From: a virus
Reading direction: 5' to 3' (one strand)
IMG/VR virus record: IMGVR_UViG_3300045988_115635
Location: 32,001-96,000 of that record
DNA length: 64,000 nt
In this document: piece after piece, positions 29,108 through 38,060 of the stretch
Numbering within the stretch: position 1 is the first letter of the stretch
How the letters are laid out: each line of letters opens with the position of its first letter
Program-made: the position numbers and the translations under genes
Notes under the pieces: model-generated
Databases searched by the model: none
The model's input: only the letters and a program-made list of their open reading frames with translations
Told to the model about the DNA's origin: nothing

Positions 29108-30240
29108 TAAGAACCTCCAAATTGTGAGAATGCCGCCTGTGCATAAGCAACACGCTGTTCCATTCTTGGAATAGAAGCGCGTGTATATACTCGTTCAAAG
29201 GCTTCTGTTGCCCAAGGAATATCGGTTAATGCTTTGAATTGGTCAAAGGTCATTTTTTCAGCAATCCACGCTTGCGCGCCACTAGGATAGGTATATACGC
29301 CGTGTCCTGTATAAGCATCAAATTGGCTAGGTGCTTCTTGTACAAAGTATAGTAGCTGTGATTGAATATCTGTCCAATCTGCACCTCTTTGTGATGCGAA
29401 CTGACAAAGCGAATTGAAACGGTCTGAACCAACTTCCCATTGAAGTAAGCCACGACCAGGACCGCCGCCGCTCTGACACTTTGCAGGGTCAACACCTGAT
29501 TCTTGTTGCATATTGCCAATAACGCCAGCAGCAGCTTGTTTTGTAAAACCTTGCGACAAACAAAAATTCCAAACGATTTCTGCGTTGGTATTTCCTGAAA
29601 AATCAGCAGCACCCGCAACACCTGAAGCAGCAGTACCGATTTTCGGTCCTGATGTTTGAAGCATTTCGTAAATATTGTTAACAAGGTCTGCACCCTGTGT
29701 ATCTTCAAGCCTTACTTGGTACATATCAGTTGCCCACTGAATAACTTCATCGGGTATTTGACCAATAGATATTTTATTTGCGGGCCAATTAGCTACTGCC
29801 TGTAAAAGTCTTACGCCTTTTTTCCAATAGCCACCATCTTGGCTTGTATTATCTTGCTGCGAGAATACTAACCAATAAGAATCTTCTAGGTTGGGGTCCC
29901 AGTACAGCCTTTGAAGCCTAAATAGAACATCTCTGCCTGTGATAGTAACCTCGCCTGCATTCAAATTAAAGTAAGGTACTGTTTGAATATATCCTGCCAA
30001 CACTTGATATTTTTCGCTTTTTGTCAACCAAATAGCTATTTTATCCATAGGCGAGAATACACCCATGTACTTGTTCTTTTCATTTTTCAAAGTAATAGAA
30101 AAGTCTGAACTATCATCTGTTTTAAGGTTAATTGAAAAACGAACAATATCATCTGATACGTCATAGGCTTTAGTAGAACCATTGCTAACTGTGCCTATTT
30201 GAGCGTGAATCATTGGCGTATATGTAAGTATCTTAGTCAT
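29107..30240 (-). CDS. tail-associated lysin paralog A: conserved N-domain + lysozyme-like C-domain
   Basis: The first ~215 aa are paralogous to 31056..32132 and 32129..33217 (N-terminal MTKILTYTPMI..., ~215-aa conserved domain). A G/T-rich linker follows. The C-domain GNMQQESGVDP...GRGLLQWE...ADWTDIQSQ resembles a phage tail lysozyme type. Confidence 0.45.
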   Translation of the reverse strand: MTKILTYTPMIHAQIGTVSNGSTKAYDVSDDIVRFSINLKTDDSSDFSITLKNEKNKYMGVFSPMDKIAIWLTKSEKYQVLAGYIQTVPYFNLNAGEVTITGRDVLFRLQRLYWDPNLEDSYWLVFSQQDNTSQDGGYWKKGVRLLQAVANWPANKISIGQIPDEVIQWATDMYQVRLEDTQGADLVNNIYEMLQTSGPKIGTAASGVAGAADFSGNTNAEIVWNFCLSQGFTKQAAAGVIGNMQQESGVDPAKCQSGGGPGRGLLQWEVGSDRFNSLCQFASQRGADWTDIQSQLLYFVQEAPSQFDAYTGHGVYTYPSGAQAWIAEKMTFDQFKALTDIPWATEAFERVYTRASIPRMEQRVAYAQAAFSQFGGS

Positions 30241-30253
30241 GCTTATATTTTAG

Positions 30254-31015
30254 CTAGAACTGTTTCCATACGCTAATAAAATAGCACCAAGAACCTTGTG
30301 CTCTTAATTCTTGTTCGCTCCATACTCTCGTATTTTCATGTGATGCTGGGTCATTGATTCTTAAATTACCGTCAGAATCTAACCACATTAAAACTAAGTG
30401 ACCGCCGTAATAAACTGCTCCAAATTGACCAGCCACGCTACACCATACAGTGTGCCCCGCCTTAGCTTCATTTATTGCAAAATCTAGGTCCCACATTTGA
30501 TTTGAAGCCTGTAGCCCTAAAGAATTTCTAGCAAAATCAGCAAAAGCAAGCATATAGTTTAAACCGCCATAGGTACAGCTATCTCCTACAGTATCCCTTA
30601 GCCTTAAAGGTGTAAACTCTTCGCGTGTCCAATACTCAAAAGACATTGCAGCGGTAGTTAATCCGCAACCATTTGAACCTATCGTGTTGCCATGTGCGTA
30701 ACTAACGCCGCTCCATCTCTCATCACCTTGATAATATGCTGGCATGTATCTAGGGTCGTGTTGGTCGTGCCATTCTTCCATTGCCTTTTGATAGGTAGGC
30801 TCAATACATGAATAAGTATCGTTCATAAACGCTGCTAGACTATCAGCAATAGGCTCTAAAGTAGGTCTAGCTAAAGTAGCCTTTTGTTGGTCTAAAGTTA
30901 ATTTTCTATCATCGACAGATGTATTCACGATTGCCGAAAACAGAATAATAGCGGTAATAAATAAGACCAGAAATAGATAAAGAATCTTCTTTAATATGTT
31001 GATAAACTTCTTCAC
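30254..31015 (-). CDS. membrane-anchored putative cysteine peptidase (C39-like / papain-fold)
   Basis: The N-terminal TM is LYLFLVLFITAIILFSAIV. A Cys motif GSNGCGLTTAAMSF and a distal His (GGHLVLMWLDSDGN) are present. Confidence 0.4.
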   Translation of the reverse strand: MKKFINILKKILYLFLVLFITAIILFSAIVNTSVDDRKLTLDQQKATLARPTLEPIADSLAAFMNDTYSCIEPTYQKAMEEWHDQHDPRYMPAYYQGDERWSGVSYAHGNTIGSNGCGLTTAAMSFEYWTREEFTPLRLRDTVGDSCTYGGLNYMLAFADFARNSLGLQASNQMWDLDFAINEAKAGHTVWCSVAGQFGAVYYGGHLVLMWLDSDGNLRINDPASHENTRVWSEQELRAQGSWCYFISVWKQF

Positions 31016-31055
31016 CTATTTAATGTTAGGCTTATATATTTTTACCGCTACCTAC

Positions 31056-32132
31056 TTAAACACCCGTAAATCTAAAGTAGTGCGTCCAACCGCCTGAAAT
31101 GTTTACTACAGAAACCTCTGTTCCTGTCTGGTCACCTGCTTGCGGGTTTCCTCGTGAAGAGTGAGCACCCGCTGTTTGTCCGCCACCTATGTACCATTCT
31201 GTGTGTCCACTTCTCCACATAATATCCCCACGTTGCAAGGAGTTAACATCGTTGTTATAGGGGTATTTGGTCCAACCACACCCAGGTAATTGAGAATCCA
31301 TAGAGTAGGTTGTAAAAGCGTAAGAGCCTAATTGATCTTGTGTCCAACCATTGTTGAGCAGCGAGTAATAGACAAGTGACGAACAGTCATAGTCAGGATT
31401 GCCTGTACGATTTGCCTGTGAATAGCCATGAGAATCATCATTGCATATGTTGATTGCCCACTGTACAGCCGCTTCAACTGCTTCTGATGATGCTGTACCT
31501 GTAAAGCCTGTCGTTCCTGTTGTACCAATTTGAGGACCAGACGTTTTTAGCATTTCATAAATCTGATTTACTAAATCCGCGCCTTGTGTATCCTCTAATT
31601 TTGTTTGATACATTTGCACGGCCCACTCAACAACATCTTCTGGCATTTGACCAATAGATATTTTGTTGGGGTCCCAATTTGCTACTGTTGTTAAAACATT
31701 TACACCCGAACGCCAGTATTCCTCATTGCTAGTCCACAGTGAAGAATCATTCATCAGTAATAATTGTGATGATACTAAACCGCTATCCCAGTAAAGAGCG
31801 TTTAATCTGTATAGGGTGCATTTGCCCTGTATGTTAAAGTCGCTGCCATATAAGGACCAAAAATCACATGTAGTTATATAGCCTGCAAATACAGGTGTTT
31901 CATCTGACTTTACTAGACTAATTACAATTCTATCCATAGGCGTGAAAACGCCATTATATTTTGACTTCTTATTTTGAAGTGAGATTGAAAAGGTTGAGCA
32001 AGCATCAGTGTTTAGGTTAATCCTAAAGTTCGTAATATCATCTGAAAGATCATAGACTTTATCGTTTCCGTCTGACTGTCTACAAGCAACCTTTGCTTTT
32101 ATCATAGGTGTATATGTAAGAATCTTTGTCAT
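31056..32132 (-). CDS. tail-associated lysin paralog B: conserved N-domain + NlpC/P60-like cysteine peptidase
   Basis: The N-domain is shared with the other two paralogs. The C-domain carries the catalytic-Cys context PDYDCSSLVYYSL and His in GHTEWYIGGG. Confidence 0.55.
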   Translation of the reverse strand: MTKILTYTPMIKAKVACRQSDGNDKVYDLSDDITNFRINLNTDACSTFSISLQNKKSKYNGVFTPMDRIVISLVKSDETPVFAGYITTCDFWSLYGSDFNIQGKCTLYRLNALYWDSGLVSSQLLLMNDSSLWTSNEEYWRSGVNVLTTVANWDPNKISIGQMPEDVVEWAVQMYQTKLEDTQGADLVNQIYEMLKTSGPQIGTTGTTGFTGTASSEAVEAAVQWAINICNDDSHGYSQANRTGNPDYDCSSLVYYSLLNNGWTQDQLGSYAFTTYSMDSQLPGCGWTKYPYNNDVNSLQRGDIMWRSGHTEWYIGGGQTAGAHSSRGNPQAGDQTGTEVSVVNISGGWTHYFRFTGV

Positions 32133-33217
32133 GGTAATAGACCTGGCTTACATGGATAGTTTTGATCAAAAATAACGCCGCCATGCCAACCCCACCCCGT
32201 ACCTTGCGGTACTCGCTTATTACCAGCGTTGACCCAATCCATCAACGCCCATTCTTTTACATAGCCGATATTATCCATGACGGTATTGTTGCCTACATAA
32301 ATACCAACGTGTCCGTACACATTGTCGGGGTTTCCTCCACTATTCCAACCATAGCCATAGACACAACAACCAGGAATAACTTTAGTCCAATCAGTAGACG
32401 CTCCGTATTGCCTTGCTGCTTCTCTTGCGCTTGCTGGTCGAGCGTTAGAAACGCCTGCTTTTTCAAATACGTCAGATACCCATTTTTGGCAATAACCACC
32501 TTGCGCGGTAATGCCGTACTTTTCAGAATTTTTAGCTACCTCAATAATTTTCTTTTGTGCTTCTGAAACATCACCGTTAAAAACATCACCTGACGTTTGC
32601 CCTGTATTGCCTACATTTGGTCCTGACGTTTGGAGCATTTGATAAATCTCATTTACTAAGTCTGCTCCTTGGGTATCAGCTAAACGCACGTTGTACATCT
32701 GCATTGCCCACTGAATTACCTCTGTAGGTAATTGACCTATAGATATTTTATCAGCAGACCAATTACATACAGCAGATAAGATATTTACCGCTGCTCTCCA
32801 ATAGCCGCCATCTTGGTCGGTAGATTCCGCGCTTTGAAAAGTAACTAACTCTCTACTAGACAATAAGCCACTATCCCAATAAAGAGACTGCAAGCGATAT
32901 AAAACGTCTTTGCCTGTAATGGTTACAGGACCGCTATATAAAGTAAAGGTAGGGCAAGTAGTGATATAACCAGAAAATACTTGATATTTCTCACTTTTAG
33001 TTAACCAAATTACTATAGCGTCCATAGGCGTGAAAACACCGTTGTATTTATTGTCATTGTTTTGAAGCGTGATTGAAAAAGTCGAGCAGCCATCTGTATT
33101 AAGAGATACAGAAAAATTGGTAATATCATCTGAAAGATCATAGTATTTGTAGCCCGTTTGCTGTCTTGCCCTTACGGTAGCATGAACCATAGGGGTATAG
33201 GTTAAGATTTTCGTCAT
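32129..33217 (-). CDS. tail-associated lysin paralog C: conserved N-domain + CHAP domain peptidase
   Basis: The N-domain is shared with the other two paralogs. The C-domain carries Cys in GGYCQKWVSDVF and His in GHVGIYVGNN, a CHAP-like arrangement. Confidence 0.55.
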   Translation of the reverse strand: MTKILTYTPMVHATVRARQQTGYKYYDLSDDITNFSVSLNTDGCSTFSITLQNNDNKYNGVFTPMDAIVIWLTKSEKYQVFSGYITTCPTFTLYSGPVTITGKDVLYRLQSLYWDSGLLSSRELVTFQSAESTDQDGGYWRAAVNILSAVCNWSADKISIGQLPTEVIQWAMQMYNVRLADTQGADLVNEIYQMLQTSGPNVGNTGQTSGDVFNGDVSEAQKKIIEVAKNSEKYGITAQGGYCQKWVSDVFEKAGVSNARPASAREAARQYGASTDWTKVIPGCCVYGYGWNSGGNPDNVYGHVGIYVGNNTVMDNIGYVKEWALMDWVNAGNKRVPQGTGWGWHGGVIFDQNYPCKPGLLP

Positions 33218-33720
33218 AACAAATCTCCCCTAAAGGCTGCATCACCTTGGGCAACAATATCTTCAGTATCTACTTTGTTTGCGGGAATATCAGAAACGCC
33301 ACCTGTTACGGTACTTTCGTTTCCTGCCTCCCCTGTCTCGTCTTTTAGAATTACGCATCTATAAGAATTCTGATAAGCAGAATCACTATATTTAATATCA
33401 ACAGGAAAAGAAGTGATAGCAATAGTGAATACTTTGCTAATTACAGGAATAGACAAAACCATATGTGAAGGTTTTGCCATTGAAGTAAGGTATTTATGAT
33501 ATTCAGCTATCCACTCTGAAAAACTTAAATAATCATCACGTGATAAAAACGCCAAGCCTAATGTAATATCGGTTTTTCTTACATTTCTAGGGTAAGCAGT
33601 TTGATTTTGGCGTGCTTGTGATTGACTGGTCATATTTAATACCAATCCATAGCTAAAATCTTCTACAATCACGCTTTTGCTTTTACCGTTGTATGTAAGA
33701 GTACCGTTATATAAAGGCAT
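33214..33720 (-). CDS. hypothetical tail protein
   Basis: A 168-aa ORF located between the tape-measure-distal gene and the lysin array. Confidence 0.4.
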   Translation of the reverse strand: MPLYNGTLTYNGKSKSVIVEDFSYGLVLNMTSQSQARQNQTAYPRNVRKTDITLGLAFLSRDDYLSFSEWIAEYHKYLTSMAKPSHMVLSIPVISKVFTIAITSFPVDIKYSDSAYQNSYRCVILKDETGEAGNESTVTGGVSDIPANKVDTEDIVAQGDAAFRGDLL

Positions 33721-33722
33721 GA

Positions 33723-34466
33723 CTAACTTCTTTTCATGTTATTCACTGTTGAGTTGGCAACGTCAGAAATAACACTTCCTGCTTGCTGCCAAATGGCATT
33801 TACGATTGATGAAGTACCGCCGTCAGAACTTACTTGAACAGTACCATCATCTTCAGTAGTATCCGCTGCTTCATTTTCTTCAATAGCTTGCAATTGATCA
33901 TATAAACTTACGCCGTAAGCATCGTATGAACCAGAATTTTCTACTACCTGCTTTAATGCTTGTAAGGTATTTTCCCAGTTATCTTGATCAGGGGTGTTAT
34001 AGATGTTTCTAGTCCAACCTACACCATCTTGAATAGCGTTTAGTGCATCTGTAGTAGCTGCTTCTTGGATAGTTGAAAAACCAGTGTCTACAAACATAGT
34101 AAGCTGATATGAAATAGCTGAAACCCTTGGGTTGTAGGACAGATTAGAAACATTCTTTAAAAATACTTTGCCGTCCCAGCCTAAGATAGGAAAATAAAAA
34201 CGAACGCTTTCGTTATTGGCTACGTGATAATCCATGATAGATTGCATCTGACGTTCGAATTCTTTCATACGGTCGTATCGTGTTGCATTAGTAAGACCTT
34301 TTGAAGATAAATACCCTGTAATAGTCAAGTCTCCAATGTTGCGAGAAAGAATCTGAACAACCGTACCACCATAAGTCTCAATCTTGTTAGTATTTAACTC
34401 ATAAGACCATTTAGCGGTAGACGGGTCTATATCAAATAAATATCCTCCTAAAGAAGCCGTAGCCAT
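33723..34466 (-). CDS. distal tail / baseplate hub-associated protein (putative)
   Basis: A 247-aa protein immediately downstream of the tape measure gene. Confidence 0.4.
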   Translation of the reverse strand: MATASLGGYLFDIDPSTAKWSYELNTNKIETYGGTVVQILSRNIGDLTITGYLSSKGLTNATRYDRMKEFERQMQSIMDYHVANNESVRFYFPILGWDGKVFLKNVSNLSYNPRVSAISYQLTMFVDTGFSTIQEAATTDALNAIQDGVGWTRNIYNTPDQDNWENTLQALKQVVENSGSYDAYGVSLYDQLQAIEENEAADTTEDDGTVQVSSDGGTSSIVNAIWQQAGSVISDVANSTVNNMKRS

Positions 34467-36655
34467 TATAATTCACCGTCCGATTGTAGCTGCTCTTTAC
34501 CGTCCATAGCTTTGAGATAGAACATCTTAGAAGCATCTTCAGAAAATTGAATTTCGTACTTAGTCTTTTCGCCCTCTTCATTTCTGGTTGCATTACTGAA
34601 CCAGTCCTGATCTTTGGTATCCCAAGTGAAGTCATTTTCGAGCCATGAAGATGCGGTTTGAGGATTGCCCCAAATATCTTTTCCGTAAGTATTGTAGGAC
34701 CACGAAACATCATTGAACATTTCGTTAATGTCCTCATTAGTCATTGTGTTAATCTGATCTTCTGACACCTCGCCAGACAAAGCCATAGACTGTAAAAATA
34801 CAGCTTTTTCATCTTCTGATAATTCGTCATAGCTTTTACCCAAAATGCTTTGAAGTACAGCAGAACCACGTTCACCGTTCATATCAAGACCAGATACATA
34901 GTTGCTCATGCCACTACGATAAATAGCACCGCTATCGGTAGTTACCATACTGCCCTCTGTGCTACCACCTAATGACTTAGCAGTATCTAATAATTGAGTA
35001 GTGTTTACAGGGTTTGCTGCTTCTACCGCTGCTCGGTTTACGTCATTTACTAATGGGTCGGATAAAAAGTCGAACAAATCTTCTGGGCTATCCTGGCTTA
35101 CAGGAATAGCTTCACCGCCATAAAATACCTTAGACAATTCTTGCATAATAGAATTGTGGTTACGGTAAATGTTCTGATCTTCATTCCATAGACGAACGAA
35201 TTCGTCTTTGTCACCATTTAATACAGCTTGAATTAAAGGACCTGCTGCTGTGCCTTGGTTTGAATAATAATCAGCATATTCACCGATTGCATAAGCGTAG
35301 GCTTGACCAGTATCCATGCCGTTGTTCTGCGCTTGCAACAATGCATTTTGAAAATAAACATCGTTTTGAGCATACTTAGCTACGCTATTAGCAACCTTTG
35401 AAGAATCTCCTGTTTCATCTCCAAAATAGCGCGTAAAATCTACTGCAATATCTTGACCAGTAAGAACAGAACCTGTTTGCTGTTCAAAGGTATTACTAAA
35501 GGTTTGATATTGCTGCTGTACAGCAGACATAGAAGCACCTGTATTTTCTGCTACCTCTGCCAAAGAATCTAACTTTTCGTTAAGGTCGTCTACGGTAAGA
35601 CCACCGCGAACAACACTATCAATATACATTTGGGTTGCGTCTTTTACTGACAAACCTCTATTTTGATTTGCGCTTACAACCCAGTCATAACCCTGTGTAT
35701 AAGAATCGCTACCATAGGTAGCACCGCCACTCATTAAGCCGCTTTGAATTTGCTGAATTTCATTCTCGCTTAGGCTTGTTGTGAATTCGGTTAATTTAGA
35801 TTGCAAACCTTGTTCAATGCCTACATTCAAGTTGCTACCGCTACCAGTAGCTTCAAGCGATGCAGAACGCAAGTTCTGAAACATATCAACGCCGCTACCA
35901 AATAGGTTAATACCAGCAGCCCCAGCACCTAAAGCAGCACCGATAGGACCTAAAAAGCTTAATGCCCCGCCTGCTTTTGATAAAATGCCACCAAGTGAAG
36001 AAATACCTCGTGTACCTTGCATGCTTAACGTATCAATTACAGCTGATGCCGTTTGAACATAGTCTGTTACATTGTTGGCTCCACTTTGGAAAGATTGAGC
36101 AGCAGAAGGTGTAGCAGCGTCATATGATTGCACCAATTTATCAAAAGAATCTTGCTGCGAGGTTGCAGATGATTGACGTACAACACTGTCGTACATCTTG
36201 TTGTAAAAGTTATCATCGCGTTCTTGCAGCTGTTTAGCTTGTTCTTGCCTATCTTCATCAAGCTTGCTTAAAAATTCTTCTACCTTTTGATTTCTTTGTT
36301 CTTGCTCTTCAATAATCTTCTTTTGAAGTTCGGAAAAAGATTCGCTTACCTTTTTAGATTCCTCTGTTTGCTCTTTAATAGATTCGCTAAGTTCAGGAGA
36401 ATCTACGGTAATAGTTGCACCCGTGCCATTACTGTCGGTGCTCACCTGTCCGCCGTTATCTTTAATTTCATCTATATAGTCTCTAAATACACCAATTTGC
36501 TTGGTCATTTTAGAGACTTCTTCAACTAGAGAATTTGCAGCTTCAGAAACGACATCTTTGGAAGCGTCTGCGCGTTGAACCAATTCACCCATACGCTGCG
36601 CAACATCAGAACTTGACGTTACTTGTTTTCTCACAGTGTTATCATCGGTAGGCAT
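34466..36655 (-). CDS. tail tape measure protein
   Basis: A 729-aa protein with Q/S/A/E-rich helical composition. It sits directly after the chaperone pair, which carries a frameshift site. Confidence 0.6.
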   Translation of the reverse strand: MPTDDNTVRKQVTSSSDVAQRMGELVQRADASKDVVSEAANSLVEEVSKMTKQIGVFRDYIDEIKDNGGQVSTDSNGTGATITVDSPELSESIKEQTEESKKVSESFSELQKKIIEEQEQRNQKVEEFLSKLDEDRQEQAKQLQERDDNFYNKMYDSVVRQSSATSQQDSFDKLVQSYDAATPSAAQSFQSGANNVTDYVQTASAVIDTLSMQGTRGISSLGGILSKAGGALSFLGPIGAALGAGAAGINLFGSGVDMFQNLRSASLEATGSGSNLNVGIEQGLQSKLTEFTTSLSENEIQQIQSGLMSGGATYGSDSYTQGYDWVVSANQNRGLSVKDATQMYIDSVVRGGLTVDDLNEKLDSLAEVAENTGASMSAVQQQYQTFSNTFEQQTGSVLTGQDIAVDFTRYFGDETGDSSKVANSVAKYAQNDVYFQNALLQAQNNGMDTGQAYAYAIGEYADYYSNQGTAAGPLIQAVLNGDKDEFVRLWNEDQNIYRNHNSIMQELSKVFYGGEAIPVSQDSPEDLFDFLSDPLVNDVNRAAVEAANPVNTTQLLDTAKSLGGSTEGSMVTTDSGAIYRSGMSNYVSGLDMNGERGSAVLQSILGKSYDELSEDEKAVFLQSMALSGEVSEDQINTMTNEDINEMFNDVSWSYNTYGKDIWGNPQTASSWLENDFTWDTKDQDWFSNATRNEEGEKTKYEIQFSEDASKMFYLKAMDGKEQLQSDGEL

Positions 36656-36987
36656 TACAGACCTTCTTCTTCCATCATCTGAATAAGACCTTCCATTGTG
36701 TCAGCGGTGATTTCTACGTCATTTCTCTTATCTATTTTACGCAATTCCCTTTGTTGCGTAATATATCTAAATGCTTCTGGCTTGGTAAACGCCAACCAAA
36801 AGTCTTTGTTATCCTCTAGCTTCTTTCTCTCACGTTTTGTTTCTACTTCATTTGCTATAAACAAACATGTAGACTGAACGTAATTTAAGTCTCCCTGTAA
36901 TATACCCGCTAATTTTGCCCGTTGAATCAGGGATAAAACGTATTTCACATTTTGCGGTAACTCTGAATAATCTTCACAGTCTATCAA
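36655..36987 (-). CDS. tail assembly chaperone, -1 frame extension (T-like part of G/GT pair)
   Basis: It is in the -1 frame relative to 36996..37391 and is reachable by the A AAA AAA slip. Confidence 0.5.
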   Translation of the reverse strand: MIDCEDYSELPQNVKYVLSLIQRAKLAGILQGDLNYVQSTCLFIANEVETKRERKKLEDNKDFWLAFTKPEAFRYITQQRELRKIDKRNDVEITADTMEGLIQMMEEEGL

Positions 36988-36995
36988 CAGGCTAT

Positions 36996-37006
36996 TTATT
37001 TTTTTA
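36996..37006 (-). other. candidate programmed -1 ribosomal frameshift site (slippery A_AAA_AAA then TAA)
   Basis: The minus strand reads AGC TTA AAA AAA TAA ATA GCC TGT TGA. A -1 slip gives KKINSLLIDCED, which is in frame with ORF 36655..36987. Confidence 0.55.
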
Positions 37007-37391
37007 AGCTAGAAGCAATCTCACCAGCCGTTTTCACCATCTTGGTATATTCATCATAAATGTCTCTTACTACAGATGCGTACCAATCTTTAATTACTTG
37101 CGCCTTTTCATAAATCAAATCAACATCGGGTGATAATGCCTTTACCAAAGGCATTCCATCAACCGCTTCTATTGCAGCAGCAACAAAATACATTTGCATA
37201 GCAGCTAACTCACTTCGAGTACCTACATACTCTTTTGCTAGTTGCCCTACTCTTAATTCTTCACCTTGCGTAAGCGTCTTAATTAAGATTTTATGCCCTG
37301 CAATTTCAATAGTCCTTTGAAGCTTTCCAACGTAGAGCAGCCCTGAAAAGGGCTGCTTATACTCATCGGGAAAAACATCTTCTTTGTTCAT
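36996..37391 (-). CDS. tail assembly chaperone (G-like)
   Basis: A 131-aa protein immediately upstream of the tape measure gene. It ends ...SSLKK* at the slippery heptamer and is preceded by motif copy 3. Confidence 0.5.
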   Translation of the reverse strand: MNKEDVFPDEYKQPFSGLLYVGKLQRTIEIAGHKILIKTLTQGEELRVGQLAKEYVGTRSELAAMQMYFVAAAIEAVDGMPLVKALSPDVDLIYEKAQVIKDWYASVVRDIYDEYTKMVKTAGEIASSLKK

Positions 37392-37413
37392 TTATTCCCT
37401 CTCTCTTTTAATT

Positions 37414-37446
37414 CTCAATAAAATAATTGAGATAGAACAAATGTTC
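37414..37446 (-). promoter_or_regulatory. copy 3 of conserved intergenic dyad motif, upstream of chaperone/tape-measure genes
   Basis: The plus strand reads ctcaataaaataattgagatagaacaaatgttc. It lies about 25 nt upstream of the chaperone ATG. Confidence 0.5.
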
Positions 37447-37471
37447 TACTAATTATTATTGAGTTGGTTGC

Positions 37472-38047
37472 TTAATAAGCCAAACCTCTAGCGGTATCTC
37501 GGTCAGCAACCGTCAAATACTGAACACTTCTGTCAGTATATTTTATAGTAATATCTACCGTCATTTCCATTGTTCGGCTCTCAAAAGTCTCATTTTGAGA
37601 AACATTAGTAACAACAGCGTTGTTGTAGGTAATAACACGCCACTGATTATCAGTTTCACCGCTACCAGCGCGTTCGAACTTCTTTACAGAGATTCTATTA
37701 CCAGCTTTTCGCTGCTGCTCAAACACTTCATAAAGATTTACTAGGTTATTCGCATTAGTCGAACCACCAAGTACAGAAGTGTTTTCAAGTGCCGTAGCAA
37801 TAGCTTCTTTACCCCAAAGCTGCCATACGGTACATACCAACGTACCAGAAGATTGAACAACAGGGGGAACAATTTCTTCAGGACACATTGAGCCTACTGG
37901 AATAATATCAACAGGCTGTGTTAGAGCCGTGCCAGGGGTTTCGTTGGCTCTAGCCATAAATTTAATTGGAGCAGTAGAACCACCTTCATCACCGATAGCG
38001 ATATAGGTATTACCACCACCTGCAACACGTACTTTAGAATCAGGCAT
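37472..38047 (-). CDS. tail tube protein (putative)
   Basis: A 191-aa protein directly downstream of the sheath gene. Confidence 0.5.
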   Translation of the reverse strand: MPDSKVRVAGGGNTYIAIGDEGGSTAPIKFMARANETPGTALTQPVDIIPVGSMCPEEIVPPVVQSSGTLVCTVWQLWGKEAIATALENTSVLGGSTNANNLVNLYEVFEQQRKAGNRISVKKFERAGSGETDNQWRVITYNNAVVTNVSQNETFESRTMEMTVDITIKYTDRSVQYLTVADRDTARGLAY

Positions 38048-38060
38048 TTCTTACTACCTC

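Noticed and set aside
29250-29708. 152-aa internal ORF inside lysin paralog A
   Set aside because: It is in an alternative frame fully inside a gene with clear paralogy-supported coding. The translation is Leu/Lys-rich nonsense.
34432-34737. 101-aa minus-strand ORF overlapping the 3' end of the tape measure gene
   Set aside because: It lies in an alternative frame inside the 729-aa tape measure CDS, has no independent RBS, and the junction 34466 is already used by two adjacent genes.
37447-37471. Possible terminator hairpin (GCTTA-A-TAAGC / ggttg...caaacc) after tube gene
   Set aside because: The stem is imperfect with a 1-nt loop and lacks a convincing U-run. It overlaps the tube stop codon, so it is not reported as a terminator.
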